DNA of 63,137 nt, filler included, from Octopus bimaculoides (taxonomy: Eukaryota), in assembly GCF_001194135.2 (NCBI RefSeq). It is 8 parts of 7 records of this genome, joined end to end, with 100 filler letters (N's around TTAATTAATTAA, not from the genome) between each part and the next. Parts side by side here need not be neighbours in the genome. Positions count along the whole stretch, not along the records: positions 15,994 to 43,333 come from NC_068983.1; positions 43,434 to 50,771 come from NC_069002.1; 6 more parts are not named here. One strand, 5' to 3'. Of the stretch, positions 37,665 to 50,771 are shown piece by piece (the first letter of the stretch is position 1; each line of letters begins with the position of its first letter). A model generated the notes under the pieces. The model searched no databases. It saw nothing but the letters and a program-made list of their open reading frames with translations, and was not told the DNA's origin. The translations under genes were made by a program, and so were the position numbers.

Positions 37665-37844
37665 CATATATACAACAGGCTTCTTTCAGTTTCCGTCGAC
37701 CAAATCCAGTCACAAGGCTTTGGTTGGCCCGAGGCTATAGTAGAAGACACTTGCCCAAGGTGCCATGCAGTGGGACTGAACCCGGAACCATGTGGTTGGT
37801 AAGCAAGCTACTTACCACACAGCCACTCTTGCACCTATATAGTA

Positions 37845-38220
37845 TTTTTTTTAATAAAATTCATCTATAATATGTATATTCTTTATATTAGTCAGATTGG
37901 TGTCCTCATCTTGACTGCTACTTTCACTCAGTTTTGGCTGTTGTAGGCTCCAGCCTTCTTCAAGTGTCTGGTTGTTGTATTAGAATTTGATCCATGGGGC
38001 ACATTGTTCCCATTCCACTCTGCATTTTGTGAAAACATGGATTAAATAAAAGGTTAGGTTTGAAATTTCTATAAAACAACCAAATTCAATACAAGACACC
38101 TAAAGAAGTCCGGAGCATACAACAGCTGAAATGTAGTGAAAGGAACAGTCGAGATGAAGATACCAGTTCAACTAATATTAACATTATATATATTATAAAT
38201 TCTTTATCACAAAAATATTG
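37845..38220. repeat. Head-to-head inverted pair of PLE-type termini, each with a minimal hammerhead remnant
   Basis: Minus 37968-37924: ACAC-TTGAAGA-AGGCT...AGCC-AAAAC-TGA-GTG. Plus 38096-38139: ACAC-CTAAAGA-AGTC...AGCT-GAAAT-GTA-GTG. Homology continues ~80 bp (AGTCAAGATGAGGACACC versus AGTCGAGATGAAGATACC). Confidence 0.75.
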
Positions 38221-39208
38221 AACTGGTCTATATTATTTTGTGGCTTTGCTATCTATTAAATCTATGTACCATTTTTTATAAAGCAAGCTTAAAGTATTTA
38301 TACAGAGCTTGGTTCAATCTATACCATGTGAACTCTTCTTGAATATTGAATATCCATTTTCTCAGTATAAGAAACATTGTGCCAAAGAAACCAATCTTCT
38401 TTTGCAAAGGAGCATTGCTCTTATATCTGGATAGGATATCCAAGTTTCTAAGCTTGATATTTAAATGATGATATCCATCTTACTTAAGTGATATTTATAT
38501 ATATCTTTGCCACACAGGAGATATCCAATTGACAACATCTGTATTACATAGGTATTATTCAAATGCTGGTAACAATCCTGTACAATTAATATTATTCAAA
38601 TTTTATGATCTGTGTCACACTGGAGATATCTGAATGATGGCATCTTTGTCATGAAGGTAATACTCTGATAATAGATTCTTTGCTATATATACAGTATTCA
38701 AATGTCTGAGAGAAAAAAGAGATATCAAAAGAAAAAGGAAGAAAAGAACAGCATGATTCTGGTGATTACAACATCTGGTTAGATCAGAACTGGCATAGAG
38801 TTAAACAACAACAATAACAGCATCAACAACAACAAATACTACATGGTTAATACATATATAATTGAAGAATGATTGTCTTAAATTAAAAATTATTAATTAT
38901 ATGAAAAAATAAATAATAAAAGAAATAGTGTGTTTATTTGGCAAAAAAAAAAAATAAATAAAATGACCATCCCAAAATACAACAATATCTGTTTCAACAC
39001 ATGATTTCACGTCAGGAATCTTGTTAAATGAATTGATAAAAAAAAAAATCTTTTTAAAAAGAAAGAATGACAAGAACCCTTTAGAAATAAGGTGGACTAA
39101 CTTTGGTAAATCAAAACTTTTAAAGGCATAAATACAGCTGTCTGTGACATGAGAATAACAATTTTGTCAACAGCAAATAATTTTTTATGAAAAGATTTGC
39201 AGATACAT

Positions 39209-39580
39209 AGGCGCAGGAGTGGCTGTGTGGTAAGTAGCTTGCTTACCAACCACATGGTTCCGGGTTCATTCCCACTGCGTGGCACCTTGGGCAAGTGTCT
39301 TCTACTATAGCCTCGGGCCAACCAAAGCCTTGTGAGTGGATTTGGTAGACGGAAACTGAAAGAAGCCCATCGTATATATGTGTGTATATATATATGTGTG
39401 TATGTTTGTGTGTCTGTGTTTGTCCCCCCCAACAACACAACCGATGCTGGTGTGTTTATGTCCCCGTAACTTAGTGGTTCGGTAAAAAGAATAAGTCCTG
39501 GGGTTGATTTTCTCGACTAAAGGCGGTGCTCCAGCATGGCCGCAGTCAAATGACTGAAACAAGTAAAAGAGTAAAGAGTA
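39209..39580 (+). mobile_element. SINE family A, young full-length copy
   Basis: GGCGCAGGAGTGGCTGTGTGGTAAGTAGC through ACAAGTAAAAGAGTAAAGAG. Confidence 0.93.
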
Positions 39581-41555
39581 TATAAAGTCGAGAAAAAAAT
39601 ATTTGTTAGGATAATGTATGTTTTTCATCATCTGTTCTTTTGTTCACATTTTAAAAGTTTATTAGAAGGAAATTATTTACAAGAAGTCAACAGCACTCTT
39701 TTGACTTTCTCTCATCTTACCCAGCCTTTTAGTATTTATAACAAAAATATGTCAGAGATCATTGCAAGTAATGTAGTTACAAACTCTCTTTCTCTCTCTA
39801 TCCTTAGTTATATTAATAAAAACATTCGAAAATTTTATGTTGTGTCTGAAATGTTCTCTCTTCTGCTCAGTTAAAAAATTACTTGTAAGAGTACTGAAAT
39901 TCTGATTGCATGGAGTTCCAGCAACCCTAGGGGTAGTTCTGTGCAGTGGGCATATTTGGTAGTGGAGGGAGAGAAAGAGAGAGAGAGAGAGGTGGGAGAT
40001 GACTCAGTATTGTAGCAGTAATAGTTGTAGCTGTGGTAGTGATGATGATGGGTGGTTTCATATTGAATGAGTGGTCTGTAGCTGTTATCTCTGGACTATT
40101 TGAAACAAGTTCTGGAGAGGTGAAATTTAACAGACTGTTTCTCCACTTACTCCCCCCCCCCCCCTATCTGCCATCCCTACTGCCATCTTACCATTTCTAT
40201 CTTGCACTGGTCTCCACCCAGCTTCTACTGTAGCAGCCACAAGTCTGACAATGCTTTCTTTATTTCCTCTGATAACATTTACCATCTCTGCTTTTCCTTC
40301 CTTTATCTCACACACCTCCTCTTCTCCATTTTACCCTTCTTCAACTCTTACTTTCAAAATATTTAAGACCTCTCTCTCTCTCTCCCTCTCTCTCTCCCTT
40401 TCTCTCTCTCTCTCTTTCACTCTTCTCCCCTCGCTTTCAGTTTTAATCTCTCATTATTTACTCTCTTCTCACTTCCCTATCTAAATCCCATTTTATTTAC
40501 CTTATTTTCCCTACACATGCATATGCTTCCACCCTCTTCTCTTCACATACATACTTCCAGCTCTTTATTTCCTAATCTTTTCCTCTAAATCAACCTGCAC
40601 CTCATTTTTCCTTTCGGTACAAATCCCCCCCTTCCACCCCGCCTTACTGTCTTTTCAATGTTTCTCCTAAACCATCTTCTCTCCTACCCTCATCCTTTCC
40701 ACATATCTGATTCCAGAACCTACTACTGACACAGCTCTGACTCTGACAGTTCTTACAAGTTCCAGAAGTTAATCCCTCCACTCCTAACTACCTTAACTTA
40801 TAAGACACTCAGACAACCAAACACTCAGATAGCAATTAGGGTTAGAAGAAAATTACATAACACACTGCAGAACACACAAATGAATTCTATCTAAAAATAT
40901 GAATCTAGCCTTACTTAAAATATTTTGTTGGGTGCTTGAACATATTTGGGGAGTGGGGAGAAGTTTGCATCAAAAGAAGGATTGCAATTTTGACCTAATA
41001 TGGTCTGATCTAGATTGTATTGTTTCAGTCAAAATGTTTACATCACCATGGATTCATGTTCAGTCCTACTGTGTGGCACCTTGGGCAAAGTGTTTTCTAC
41101 TATAGACCTGGGCCAAACAATGCCTTGTGGGTGAATTTAGTAATTTTTGGGGGATGGAAAACTGTATGAAGCTTTCTGCATGTTTATGTATTGGAGCCTG
41201 GTGCAGCTGCTGGCTCTCCAGAACTCAGTCAAACCGTCCAACCCATGCCAGCATGGAAAATGGACGTTAATCGATGATGATGATGATATATATATATATA
41301 TATATATATATAGCACCCACTACACTCTCGAAGTGGTTGGCATAAGGAAGGGCATCCAGCTGTAGGCATAATAGCGTCACCATCCTCAGCACGCATTACC
41401 ATGATAGAGAGCCCTAACCCGCAATGCTGAAGTCTGCGCTGAAGGTTGACATACTTAGTATGACCTTTGATTAATTTTAAATACATATATANNNNNNNNN
41501 NNNNNNNNNNNNNNNNNNNNNNNNNNNNNNNNNNNNNNNNNNNNNNNNNNNNNNN

Positions 41556-41586
<31 letters not shown>

Positions 41587-43218
41587 TATTTATGATGATG
41601 ATGATGGGGACAATGATCATGATAACTATGTGCACGTCTTTGTGACTGTCTGTTGCTGCCCCCTACTGTTTGACAACTAGTGTTTGTTTATCTTTCCTTA
41701 AACTTAGCAATTCAGTAAAAGCGACTGATAGAATAAATGTCAAACTTTAAAAAAAACTGACCATAAATACATATTTGCAAATTTTGACTGCAGATTTTGC
41801 TATGCCAGCATGGGTTGCACAAGATGTTTTGAAACAGTAATCAATGGCTAGTTGCTCTTCCTGTTACATACCCTCGGTTCTGCTTCAAGTAAGGTATTTT
41901 CTCTCCACTAGTCTGCACATGAAGCTCATGAAAGCATCAAGCCATGGAAGGTACTGTTTACAGGAGACACAAATATATGCACTATTACTCTAATGGTATC
42001 AATGTGAAAGCACACAGAAAGCAATAGACACATGCATATACATATGCATGCAAGCACACACACACACACTCAACAGGTTTACATACAGTTTTCCTCCACA
42101 AAATTTCCTTAAGAGGGCGTTGGGAAATCCATGGCTACAGCAGAAGAGACTTGCCTAAAGTGTCACAGAGAGGGACGAAACCCAAAATACCATGATTGCA
42201 AATTGAATATATTGTAACCACACAAACATGCTTTATATATTTCAGTAATAAATCACAGAGACTAATTACTCAGATATGCCACCTGCATGAAAAACAATAT
42301 AGTTAAGTAACTGTTAAGATGTTTAATGCAGTGAGTATCTCAAAGCTAATTAAAAATAATTATTTGATGGGGCAAAGATAATAATAGTTCAAGGACGAAT
42401 ATTATGTTAATTAGTTTGGCAAATATAGGAAACAACTCCAGACATGGTCTAGTTTCATTTAACTTCACTGTTTTTGCTAAAATAGTAATGAGTTAGTGTA
42501 CAATAATGTCCATGCTCTGTTATGAAAAACAACATATTAAAAAAAGAAAATTAGTGAGAAAAAATACCCAGATACGTCATCTACATGAAAAACAATAGTT
42601 AAGTTAGTGCTATAACGTAGTTAATGCAGTGAGCAATTAAAAAGTTAATTAAATATGATTAAGCACAAAGATATTCCTTGGTGTGCATCTGATATTTACA
42701 TCATACCCTAATTACTAGATCTACACCACAGGAGAATTTAATTTGAATATTTAATACTGACTGCGAGAGAACACATGTAGTTATGAATGTATAGAATTTG
42801 AATGAAACTTAACAGTCATGTGAATACTGAGAGATAATACAATAATCAGAAACTAATTTTTACTCACATTTCTATGAAAAAGTTAGGCTCTGATGAGCTG
42901 ACCATACAGTGTGCTGCTAAAGAAAATATAAATTTTGAAAGAGTTAATGAAGGATCCTCCACACCAGAATTCAGCAATTTCTTTCTGTAAAGGTCCACTT
43001 TTGAAGATTTTTTTTTAGCATTTACCCATGGGCCATATGTATTTTATCTCACAACAGGTGTGGCTGTCTAGTTAGGAAGCTTACTTTTTAACCATGTGAT
43101 ATTGGGTTCAGTTGTACAGCATATCACGTTGAACAAGTGACATCTACTATAATTCCAGGTTGACCAAAGCTATTTAAGTGGATTTCTCAAGTGGAAACTG
43201 AAAGAAGCTATTTTTTTC

Positions 43219-43279
<61 letters not shown>

Positions 43280-43433
43280 ATCATCATCACCATCATTTAA
43301 CATCCACCTTATATATATATATATATATATATANNNNNNNNNNNNNNNNNNNNNNNNNNNNNNNNNNNNNNNNNNNNTTAATTAATTAANNNNNNNNNNN
43401 NNNNNNNNNNNNNNNNNNNNNNNNNNNNNNNNN

Positions 43434-43497
<64 letters not shown>

Positions 43498-43633
43498 GTG
43501 GTGGTGATGATGATGATGATGATGATAGTGAGTGACGTAATTAGATATATAGACAAATAGACAGATACATGGATAAATAAATATCTTTAAAATTTTACGT
43601 ATGCATGTGTGTGTAAGTATACAACATAATAAA

Positions 43634-43678
<45 letters not shown>

Positions 43679-43690
43679 AACAACAACAAC
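43434..43690. repeat. (GAT)n/(GGT)n microsatellites
   Basis: Directly visible. Source of the poly-His and poly-Ser pseudo-ORF. Confidence 0.95.
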
Positions 43691-46038
43691 AGCATTTTTT
43701 TTTATTGAAGCTATACATATTGCAAACGTGAGTTTCGACTTTTACCAACAGTCACGGAACGAATAAAAGAAATTCAGCAATATGCCTCATATTTACGTGT
43801 GTAATAAAAACCATTGAATGTATGACGTGTTGATTTAATTGAAAACGCATGACAATGTAACTCATATCTACTGGTGCTTATGTATTTTGAAATATTTCAA
43901 TGAAAATTTCTATTTAAGTCGACTGAAAACGTTGAGCATGTGATGCTATTTAAACGTATCTTCCAGTTGATTTCCAGGGTTTATTATGCTAAAAGGTTGT
44001 CGAATCTTTAAGCATTTATGTAGATTGAAAAACAGAATCGTAATTAAGAGAAAAATATATTGGTTCTTGATTAGCGTTAAAATTTCCTGTGGAACTCATC
44101 GTTACCTTGTGTATAGTGTTTGATCTCATCTAATATACGTAAAATGAGTTCATAGTTCCTGATAGTGTTATATACAAAATGTTACATGTACTTTGATGTT
44201 ATAAAGTATTTTAAGACTTCTGAAATTGTTTGTGTGTTAATTAATTCTTACCTTGAAAGGAAACTTAGTTTTGTCGATATAACTCTTAGTAAATGAATCG
44301 TTAGCTTCAAATACTTTTGCATAGTACACTTATGATTTCGAAAGACTACTTTTTTCGTGTGAAATTTGCGAGTTTAAAGTAAATACACGAAACGAAGAAC
44401 AGTGAACACAAGTGTTTACAGTTTTTGCTATTCCTGTTCCTTATTACTGTAGTACAGAACAGAAACTAAATTCAACTTTATTCCGATTAAATCTCATACA
44501 CCGTTGTTGATTTTTATGAAGCCATTTTCTTAATGAGTTAAAAATAGACTTAGTGATACTTATACTCAGATTTAGACCAGGACATTTCAAGCGAACAAAT
44601 TGCTGTATTCTTCTTTCCGGAACCAGATAATTTATGTTGTTTTCTGTGCAATTAATCTTATTCTAAAATCCCACTCAGTTTTAATGCTTTATGATAATAC
44701 GGTGAGATTTATTGAGGGTAGACACCCCTATTATATACCGGATGACCGTGAACTAAGATTTTCCACCACCAACACGACGACAACAACCACTACCACTACA
44801 TCACCCCATCATATTAGTATCACCATCATAATCATATCATCATTGTCACTATTTTTCGTCTCGTTCTCCTGTTCATCCTCTTCCTCCTCGTTCTCCATCA
44901 TTATAGCCCCAGGAAGAGGTCAAGATGACCATCATCTGCTTCAAAACAACAGGTTCTGCCTTAAACCTAGAAATATCCACCTCTAAACAAACTATTTGAT
45001 TTCTTTTTTCCAATTGTAGCTGTTCAACTTAATTTAGAAGAGTGAGACACAAAAGAGCAGCGAAAAGATCTTAATAGAATTCAAGAAAATAATTCAAAAC
45101 TTTGCGAATTTCCGAGAAAATATTTCACTTCTCGGACAAAAACAAAAGTTTGTTTGAAATTAAGACTGACACGACTGGTTTGTTTAGGTAACACTGTCTT
45201 CTTCTTTCTACACCTGCTCCTTCGCCGCCATTTTCTCTTTCATGTTTTTGCACATCATNNNNNNNNNNNNNNNNNNNNNNNNNNNNNNNNNNNNNNNNNN
45301 NNNNNNNNNNNNNNNNNNNNNNNNNNNNNNNNNNNNNNNNNNNNNNNNNNNNNNNNNNNNNNNNNNNNNNNNNNNNNNNNNNNNNNNNNNNNNNNNNNNN
45401 NNNNNNNNNNNNNNNNNNNNNNNNNNNNNNNNNNNNNNNNNNNNNNNNNNNNNNNNNNNNNNNNNNNNNNNNNNNNNNNNNNNNNNNNNNNNNNNNNNNN
45501 NNNNNNNNNNNNNNNNNNNNNNNNNNNNNNNNNNNNNNNNNNNNNNNNNNNNNNNNNNNNNNNNNNNNNNNNNNNNNNNNNNNNNNNNNNNNNNNNNNNN
45601 NNNNNNNNNNNNNNNNNNNNNNNNNNNNNNNNNNNNNNNNNNNNNNNNNNNNNNNNNNNNNNNNNNNNNNNNNNNNNNNNNNNNNNNNNNNNNNNNNNNN
45701 NNNNNNNNNNNNNNNNNNNNNNNNNNNNNNNNNNNNNNNNNNNNNNNNNNNNNNNNNNNNNNNNNNNNNNNNNNNNNNNNNNNNNNNNNNNNNNNNNNNN
45801 NNNNNNNNNNNNNNNNNNNNNNNNNNNNNNNNNNNNNNNNNNNNNNNNNNNNNNNNNNNNNNNNNNNNNNNNNNNNNNNNNNNNNNNNNNNNNNNNNNNN
45901 NNNNNNNNNNNNNNNNNNNNNNNNNNNNNNNNNNNNNNNNNNNNNNNNNNNNNNNNNNNNNNNNNNNNNNNNNNNNNNNNNNNNNNNNNNNNNNNNNNNN
46001 NNNNNNNNNNNNNNNNNNNNNNNNNNNNNNNNNNNNNA

Positions 46039-46089
46039 ATAATGATGATAATAATAATAATGATAATAATAATAATAATAATAATGATG

Positions 46090-46171
<82 letters not shown>

Positions 46172-46173
46172 TG

Positions 46174-46246
<73 letters not shown>

Positions 46247-46270
46247 TAATAATAATAATAATAATAATAT
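46039..46270. repeat. (AAT)n microsatellite
   Basis: Directly visible. Confidence 0.97.
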
Positions 46271-46589
46271 TAATTCAAACGTATGTAACGAAGTATCTTT
46301 TCGTGGATACTGCTGGGATTTGGGTTTTTTTTTCCTATTATTGTCGTTGAGGTTGTTTTTGTTGTTGCTGTTGGTGTTGTTAATACAGATATTTCTGTTG
46401 TTGTTTTTTTCTATTATTCTTTCTTGTGGTTGTGGTTGTTGTTGTTGTTGTTGTTGTCGTTGTGGTTGGTGTTAGTTTTGAGCAGAATTGTATAAGAAAG
46501 CAAAGAAACACCAAGGAACGACGACGACGACGACGACGATGATGATGATGTTGATGATGATGTTGATGCTGTGTATTTATGGTGAATTC

Positions 46590-46822
46590 GGGTAAAAATC
46601 ATGTGTATACACACACAAATACACACATATATACATACGCATACACACGCAAATACATGTACACACATATATGTTAATACGTAGATATATAGATGTATTT
46701 ATATATGTACGCATACAGATTCATTTATGTATATATATATATAATATATAATTACGTACATATACACGCGCATAAATACATTTACATATACACACAAAAT
46801 CACATAACATATATAGGTAAGT

Positions 46823-46877
<55 letters not shown>

Positions 46878-47753
46878 GAGTGTCTCTGCGTATATGTAAA
46901 TATGTGAAGATATATACATATATACCAATATATATATATATATGTGTGTAAGTATATATACAATCATACTACATACATACGTACACATACATATATATAC
47001 ATATGTAGATATACACAAACACGCACATAGACAGACACATCTATATAGATACACATATATACATATATATACATATTTATATATATATATATATACATAT
47101 GTATATACATATATACATATATACATATATTTATATATATATACATATGTATATATATATATATATATACATATATACATATGAAATATGCGTAAGATAG
47201 GAAGGCCATCATTATGTTTGTTTTATTGATTTGTATTTGTGATAATTTGAAATGTTCCGAGTACAGATCCGGATTGGATTGGTTTGAATGATTGTACGTG
47301 TTCACGTGAGTGTGTGTGTGCGTGCGTGTGCGTGCGTGTGCGTGCGTGCGTGTGTGTGTGTGCGCATAAGTTCGTGTGCGTGCGTGTTTGATGTGTCCCA
47401 CTTACGTAATGTTCAATTATTGGTACAACCAGGGAGTGAGAAAAAAAAATGGCGAGAAGTTGAGAAAAAGATGAAACAATGTCAATGGTTGGAGAAAGAA
47501 AGATTGATACGCGTACACTGTGTGTATGTGTGTGTATGTGTGTGTATGTATGTATGTATGTATGTATGTATGTATGTGTGTGTGTATGTATGTATGTATG
47601 TATGTATGTGTGTGTGTATGTATGTATGTATGTGTGTGTGTATGTATGTATGTACGAATTTATTTATATATGAAATATGTATGTATATATATATATATCA
47701 TGTATATATTATATATATCTATGTATACACACACAATCTCTGTCTGTCCGTCA

Positions 47754-47801
<48 letters not shown>

Positions 47802-47830
47802 AACACAAACATACATATATTGCAAATATG
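46590..47830. repeat. Compound (TA)n/(TATG)n/(TG)n low-complexity region
   Basis: Directly visible. Confidence 0.9.
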
Positions 47831-47832
47831 TA

Positions 47833-48129
47833 TACGGACGAGAAGCGTTAAAAAAACATATCCGACCTTCGGGCATAAAAGAAAGACAATTTTGTGCATT
47901 TCAGCAATTTTATTCAAAAGTCTCTCTCTCTCTTTCTCTGTCTCTCTCTGTCTCTCTCTCTGTCTCTCTGTCTCTCTCTGTCTCTCTCTCCCTCTCTCTC
48001 TCTCCCTCTCTCTCTCTCCCTCTCTCTCTCTNNNNNNNNNNNNNNNNNNNNNNNNNNNNNNNNNNNNNNNNNNNNNNNNNNNNNNNNNNNNNNNNNNNNN
48101 NNNNNNNNNNNNNNNNNNNNNNNNNNNNN

Positions 48130-48174
<45 letters not shown>

Positions 48175-48979
48175 GGTTTCACACTCTTCTCTCAGCGGTT
48201 CTGCCACGGCTGGTAACACTTCTGGCACACTTTCTCTGGAATACTATGCAGCTGCGATGTCACTTTTCTCCCAATTTCTTCTCGCGGCTCAAATAGCTTC
48301 CCTTTCGTCGTTGTTTCAATTTGGGAAAGAACCAGAAGCCACACGCTCCAAAGTCGGAAGAATAGGGTCGTTGTGGAACAACTGATGTGTTGTTCTTGAT
48401 TAGGAATGCTCGGATTACGAGGCGCGTTCAAATAATATCTGACTCTGTTTTCTTACCGGCAACTTCCATATGCACGGATCCTTCTTTATAAATGGAATGC
48501 ACTGACCCTGTGCTTATTCCCACCTCGTGAGTAATTTCTTGGATTTTTACACGACTGTCTTCCATATTTATTCGCCGAACCTCCTCAATCAGCTCCTCGT
48601 TTCGATTTGTAGATAATCTGCCTGAGCGTACCTCACTCTCCACTGATGCGCGCCCATGTTAGAAACGGTTGTACCTCTCGTTGATCTGAGTTTAGCCTTT
48701 GGCACCATCGCCAAAGACCTGGTAAATGTTTGTACATAACCTGAGATTGAGTATTACCAAGCTTTTGACAAAACTTAATGCAATATATCTGGTCGATGTG
48801 TTCGGAAATCTTGCGGGGGAAGCGAAAATCTGACGAGCGCTACTACACATATGTACCTTGGGCGGAATAGGGGGCACTGATGCGGCCTGGTGTCACCTCC
48901 TACGCAAAGGATTTCGCCCACGCGGCATTAGTTTTGGTGGTAAAGAATAAAGTCCGATACATTTTGGACGCACCTCGTA
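47833..48979 (-). mobile_element. Internally deleted mariner element with both TIR remnants
   Basis: The 5' TIR on the minus strand is TACGAGGTGCGTCCAAAATGTATCGGACT (48979-48950). A degenerate counterpart ACGAGAAGCGTTAAAAAAACATATCCGACCT lies at ~47839-47869. The N-terminal GRASVESEVRSGRLST...IQEITHEVGISTGSVHSI is joined to the C-terminal FLIKNN..RPYSSDFGACGFWFFPKLK (compare PYSPDLAPCDF). Confidence 0.88.
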
Positions 48980-49012
48980 TATGTATATTTATACACACAC
49001 ACACGTAAATGC

Positions 49013-49043
<31 letters not shown>

Positions 49044-50159
49044 CGTATATACATACATATATAAGCCTACAAACACAGACAAATAGATGTGTATATATAT
49101 ATTTATGTGTGTGTGTATGTGTGTGCATGTATGCATAATGCAGATTCAAAATCTTAGTTATCTCAAAAGTCCTGACGAGAAATCTCATTTATTTCAGCAA
49201 TTTAAGCGAATTCAAAAATAAAATTCCATTCCGATCTCGTTTATCACCGATGGAATCCTTCAAGACTTTCCTTCTTCGCAGGCAAAAAAAACCTCAAGAA
49301 GCAAAAAACGCCAAGTCTCTTCCTGGTGCCATTCTAAAAGTCATTGCAAACTGCCAAGGAAGCTACCGAGGAGGTTCCTCCTCTGACAAAGAAGAAATCC
49401 AATAATTGCCATCGGATATACCTCAACAAAACATGATATATCGATGAAAACCTCTCACGTCCTAAAAAACTTATGTAGCAGTAACTGCAGAAACGTCAGA
49501 AAAGATAAACGTATGTAAACAAATACGATTTGTCGGATTTCTTCCAAAAAGGATTACATTTATTGTCTTGTGATTCGCTGGAATAATACATAATTCTTTC
49601 ATGTAATATCGTGTATTCTGCTTTATCTATGAAAATAATAATTTTTTGTTTGCTGCTATATTTAAATGCCATAGATGTTGACATTTGTTCTGGAGATTTT
49701 CCAAAGTCCTCCCGTTGTTCGAACAAATTGAACTGAATAAGACATTAAGGACTGATTCACGTAACTGTTGATGGTAGAAAGCGTACGATTAGTTGTAGAA
49801 TTCGGCAAGAAAAACACAAGCACATTCGAAGCTGAATCGCCAAAAGGAAGAGGTAAAGAGTCACTTATGGTTTAGCCATAACCATTCCACGTGATCGGTC
49901 GATTAACTGATAAGCAGCCCAAGGCCATCATGTGATCTATCGAGGCTTATAAATAGAAGAATTTTTTGCGTTAAATCCAAGAATGTTGGAAATCTTCACT
50001 ACGAAAACCACATTCTCGTTTTTCAGTATCTAAAAGTTGTTTTAGCAACTTCTTATTCAGCCAATCAAACAGCAGGTACAGTTTTGCAGTAAAAAATTAG
50101 CATAATATTTCTCCAGGGAACAATAACAACCACTATCACACCACACAACATGACGAGTA

Positions 50160-50720
50160 AAGAGCGAAGGGAGGAAAAAAAAGAAGTTGAAATAAAGTAA
50201 TACACATCCAATAGACATATGTGGACATACTTATGATAAATATAAAAAAAAGTGTATAAAGAGTACGAATACAAACAACATAGGAAGCGAATCCATATAC
50301 ACAAACAAACACACATGCAGTCAATTCACAGACGGCTGGAACTATATCAACAACAGCGACAACAGCAACAGTATCTGAGGGGAGGGTCATAGTGCTACTG
50401 AGCACAATGACAAACACACATCCACACACACACACACATGTAGATACACACATAAACACGGACGCATGAGCATATAAGGATACACATCATAAAAGGACAG
50501 AATGGAATAAGTAGAGCAAGAGCACACTCGAAGACGGAAAGTGGTGCTGAGGAGGTCACAGATGTGTGACGAAAGATTACCGGAGAATGGTGATGAGTTA
50601 GAATAAGAACAGTAATAAACGAGTGAAGAATGAATATGTAGTGTGGACGTTTATTTGGGAAAAAGATATTGAAGAATGACCATCCGAAATAAAATACGTT
50701 TCAACACACGACTTGCAAGA
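50160..50720 (+). mobile_element. PLE-type 3' terminal region (same family as 53940-54500)
   Basis: Shares CTGAGGAGGTCACAGATGTGTGACGAAAG and ATGACCATCC.AAATA..TTTCAACACACGA with 54299-54480 and 38925-39035. Confidence 0.6.
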
Positions 50721-50733
50721 TAAATTCATATAC

Positions 50734-50771
<38 letters not shown>

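Noticed and set aside
49250-50060. Possible decayed PLE RT N-terminus (IIIFIDKAEY-like text)
   Set aside because: It is a single weak motif, and the expected downstream motifs were not found.
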